DNA of 64,000 nt from Eledone cirrhosa (taxonomy: Eukaryota): the NCBI GenBank assembly GCA_964016885.1, contig OZ024746.1:96782001-96846000 (forward strand), written 5' to 3'. Each line of letters begins with the position of its first letter. Position 1 is the stretch's first letter. Below, one piece after another: positions 60,883-64,000 of the stretch. The translations under genes were made by a program, and so were the position numbers. A model generated the notes under the pieces. It did not search any database. It worked only from the letters and a program-made list of their open reading frames with translations, and was not told the DNA's origin.

Positions 60883-61307
60883 TTGAAGGCCTTCTTCTTT
60901 GCTCAGATGGCATCTTTGACCTCTTGATTGAACCACGGGCCCCTCCTGCCATTCAACGCCACACCAAGCCTTTTTTTCCTACAGCATCTAAAAGCTGAAG
61001 CAGAAACTGCTGAGCTTAACAATTTCCACTCTGTCTAAATGTCCCCAGTTTGCTCAGGGAGTTCTCTGAATATGAATGCAGTAGTATTTGCATACCTGGT
61101 CCTGATTTCCTTATCCACCAATACTTCCCACTTTATCCTGTAGGTCACTCAGGACCTGCCAGTTTTGTGGGCTTCTTTGGCTTTAGGTAGTCTCAAGTTG
61201 CAGATAACTAGATGGTGATCAGTTGACAGCTCAGCCCCTTTCTTAACATGAACATCCAGCACAGAATCAAAGAGATCAGAGACAATAACAAAATCAATTA
61301 TTGATCT
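60883..61307 (-). mobile_element. RTE-like LINE fragment
   Basis: Highly similar to 31075-31459 (end of the AP endonuclease domain). Confidence 0.85.
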
Positions 61308-62146
61308 TTAAAAACACTTATTAGCAAGACATACCCTTTTCAAAGACCCCCCCCCCCCCGTATAGATAAGAAATGTATAACCTGTAAAATAAGCCCCCAT
61401 ATTAACTGTAAAACTTGAAATGTAGTGTATAGCATAAGATGTACTGAAGGACAACAATGTAGAGACAAAAATATAGTGTACATAGGTGAGACAGCTCGTA
61501 GTGTAGGGGAACGGATAAATGAACACTGGCGAGACCTTCAAGATAGTAAAGAATCATCTGTACTCTACCAACATGCTAAAATAGAACATAAGGGTAAATT
61601 AGAGAACATAGAAATAAAAATAGAATCTACACACAGAAAAGACGCAATGTTTAGACAAATCACAGAGGCAATAAACATAAATGAATTACAACCAAAATTA
61701 AATAGAAAATATGAGTGGAACAGCAACATCACAACTTACAATTAAGGACAAAATGAAAACACACACGCACATAGAACAAACAACCAACCGGTAACATGTA
61801 AATAAACAAATAAATAAACGAATATAAACACACACAGACACCCGGATGTGGCGCATGCTCAGACTGAGCACACAACACACACACAGAAACAAAATGGCGT
61901 AGGACAGAACAAAGGAGAGGCACAAAAAACAAAGAAAAGAATCCCCAGTCACTGAAGAGGTCACAGAATGTGTGACGAAAGAACTTTGACAATATATAAA
62001 CAACTATCTGGTCGTGGAACCAACCAACCAACCAACCAGAAATTTATAAATTCCTAAATTTATAAATTTATTATAATAAATTGAAGTGAAAGCAACTGGT
62101 ACGTGTGTTTCTTATTGGCAACATGACCCTCCCAAAGTATAACAAT
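61308..62146 (+). mobile_element. 5'-truncated Penelope-like element (GIY-YIG and 3' UTR)
   Basis: VYSIRCTEG..YIGETARSVGERINEH..RQITEA..LNRKYEW, homologous to the 33693-35921 C-terminus; ends ATGACCCTCCCAAAGTATAACAA followed by (TA)n. Confidence 0.9.
61948..61990 (+). ncRNA. Minimal type I hammerhead ribozyme
   Basis: Stem I GTCA/TGAC; CTGAAGA; stem II GTCACA-gaatg-TGTGAC; GAAA-G-aa-CTT. Confidence 0.85.
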
Positions 62147-62986
62147 ATATATATATATATTTTATATATATATAAATATATATGAAATGAATTGGTAGGA
62201 GTGTGTAAGAGATGGTCATAAAGTTGTAGGAATCTACTGCTCTCTTGCTTTGTTTTATCTATCTATAAGCATCAAACTAACAGAAATGGTTTTTGAATCC
62301 TTTCTACTTTGTAGGATGATTTTATGTTATTTGATGTTCCTATTGCCTTTCACTGTGAATTAATAGTAAGAATGTTAATTAACTCCAATAATGATACAAA
62401 TATTCAATAGGTTGGACAATTAAACTATCAAAATAGTCCCATGCTATCATGCTCACTATAATAAATGTAATGACATTTATCAGAACCCAATGTATCAATA
62501 TGTTTCAAGTAGTAATTAAATAAGTGATAAAAGACTTATACTTTTATATTGCTTTGCATTATTCATCAATGGCTTGACAGAATTGTTAGAGCAATGTTTT
62601 ATGGCATTTAATTATGGCTTTTTACATTCAAAGTTCAAATCTTGCTGAGGTCTTATTTACTTTTCTTTCTTCCAGGGTCGATACAATAAAGTAGCAGTCA
62701 AATATTTGGGTTGATATAATTGTCTCCTCAAATCACTGACTTTATGCCTAAATTAGAAGCAATTATTCTTAATCTATTCCCTCAAGTCCCCAACATGTAG
62801 TGTACTGTTTATTTTCTCCATGTCTTCTTGCTATGTTCATATTTACAATAAATTTCAATAATACAAAAGTAATTGTATAAGTAGATATATAAGTACATTA
62901 AAAGCTGGTCAGAAATATATTATTAATCAATATTTTCAATAATTAATTAGTTTTTATTATGAAAAAATTGGTTTTTACTGTTGCAG

Positions 62987-63072
62987 CTATATATCGGAGC
63001 ATATCAACTGCCTCAAAACTGCTAACTGTGTAAATCAAGAGGTCCATGATAGATACAGTTTTTTTGAATGTG
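62987..63072 (+). CDS. Cys-rich gene exon 11 (gene continues beyond the window)
   Basis: gttgcag| GYISEHINCLKTANCVNQEVHDRYSFFEC |gtaagt, phase 2-1. Confidence 0.85.
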
Positions 63073-63704
63073 GTAAGTCTTTCTCTTTTTAAATATTGTA
63101 ATTTGATTAAAAATTAATTGCACTAATAAGGAAATCAGCCAAAGCTAAACTAGCTACTTCTAAATTTGCAACTATTTAATGATTATGGTCAATGATACAG
63201 AATAAGAAGAGCTCAGCAAGTCAAGATAATAACATATGTTCCTGGTTGAAACTAGTTTATTTCAGTCACATTACTATGTCATTAGAAAATATCTAATTTA
63301 TATTTCCCCTAAAATGATGGGATCTAATCAAAAGATTGAATATGAGCTGGGATATTTATAATCTTAGTTAAATAAAAGATCATTATTAAACATTACAGTA
63401 ATGTACTGGGTAATTGCTGGCCTTGTGCCAAAAGTAGAAACAATTATTAAACATTACAATAGCTAAACAATATTGACTCTTTAGCTTAGGATCAAGAAAT
63501 TAAAAGTGAGAGGAAATAAGATGATAAAACATGACTTTCTCATGGATGAAGTGGATTCAACAGAAAATGGAATCTGGATCATGACTATAGCCCGTGAAAT
63601 TGCTCCACAAGTTAAACCTTACAATTACTATAGATTTCTTATAGAGGACACATACATTCTTAACATAGCTAGGACCCTATGACTGTTCCATCCCTTCAGA
63701 GACA

Positions 63705-63990
63705 GAAATAGGCTCAAGTGAAACCGAGAATGGAGTACTACTCCCACATCTGGGATGGTGCTGTTGCTACACATACAGATATGCTAGAGCACATCCAGAG
63801 AAAAGCTACACAGCTAGATAGTATAAAGTTCCTCACAAACTTTCTCTATTCTCTGGCACTCAGATGTCGCTGCAATGGTCTATTCTCCTTAGAACTTGCT
63901 GGTTTCAAGCCACTTTCTCTCAGACAGTTCTAACTTACACATCTCTTCTCTTCCCATCACCCATGTTATCTTCAACTCCGTAGATACCAC
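63705..63990 (+). mobile_element. CR1/Jockey-group LINE C-terminal fragment
   Basis: KPRMEYYSHIWDG..LEHIQRKA..SLALR matches the post-RT thumb region of such LINEs. Confidence 0.65.
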
Positions 63991-64000
63991 ACTAATTATT

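Overview
Eukaryotic, very AT-rich and repeat-dominated animal genomic DNA. The SINE families and (TA)n content resemble those I know from octopod cephalopods; this is an inference. Nearly all long ORFs in the supplied track are (TA)n artefacts. Manual splicing reveals one host gene missed by the ORF track: 11 plus-strand GT-AG coding exons (16682-63072, continuing past the window). They encode a signal peptide followed by five diverged two-exon cysteine-rich modules, preceded by a compact GC/CCAAT/TATA promoter. The introns and flanks hold a Penelope-like element (PLE; RT + GIY-YIG) with an inverted pseudo-LTR, other PLE remnants, and many short hammerhead-ribozyme-bearing, often palindromic elements of several unrelated families sitting in (TA)n tracts. 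Also present: RTE-like LINEs, SINEs, Helitrons, hAT- and piggyBac-like MITEs, 29-bp and 48-bp tandem arrays, and a 13.5-kb punctuated (TA)n array next to a 200-N gap.
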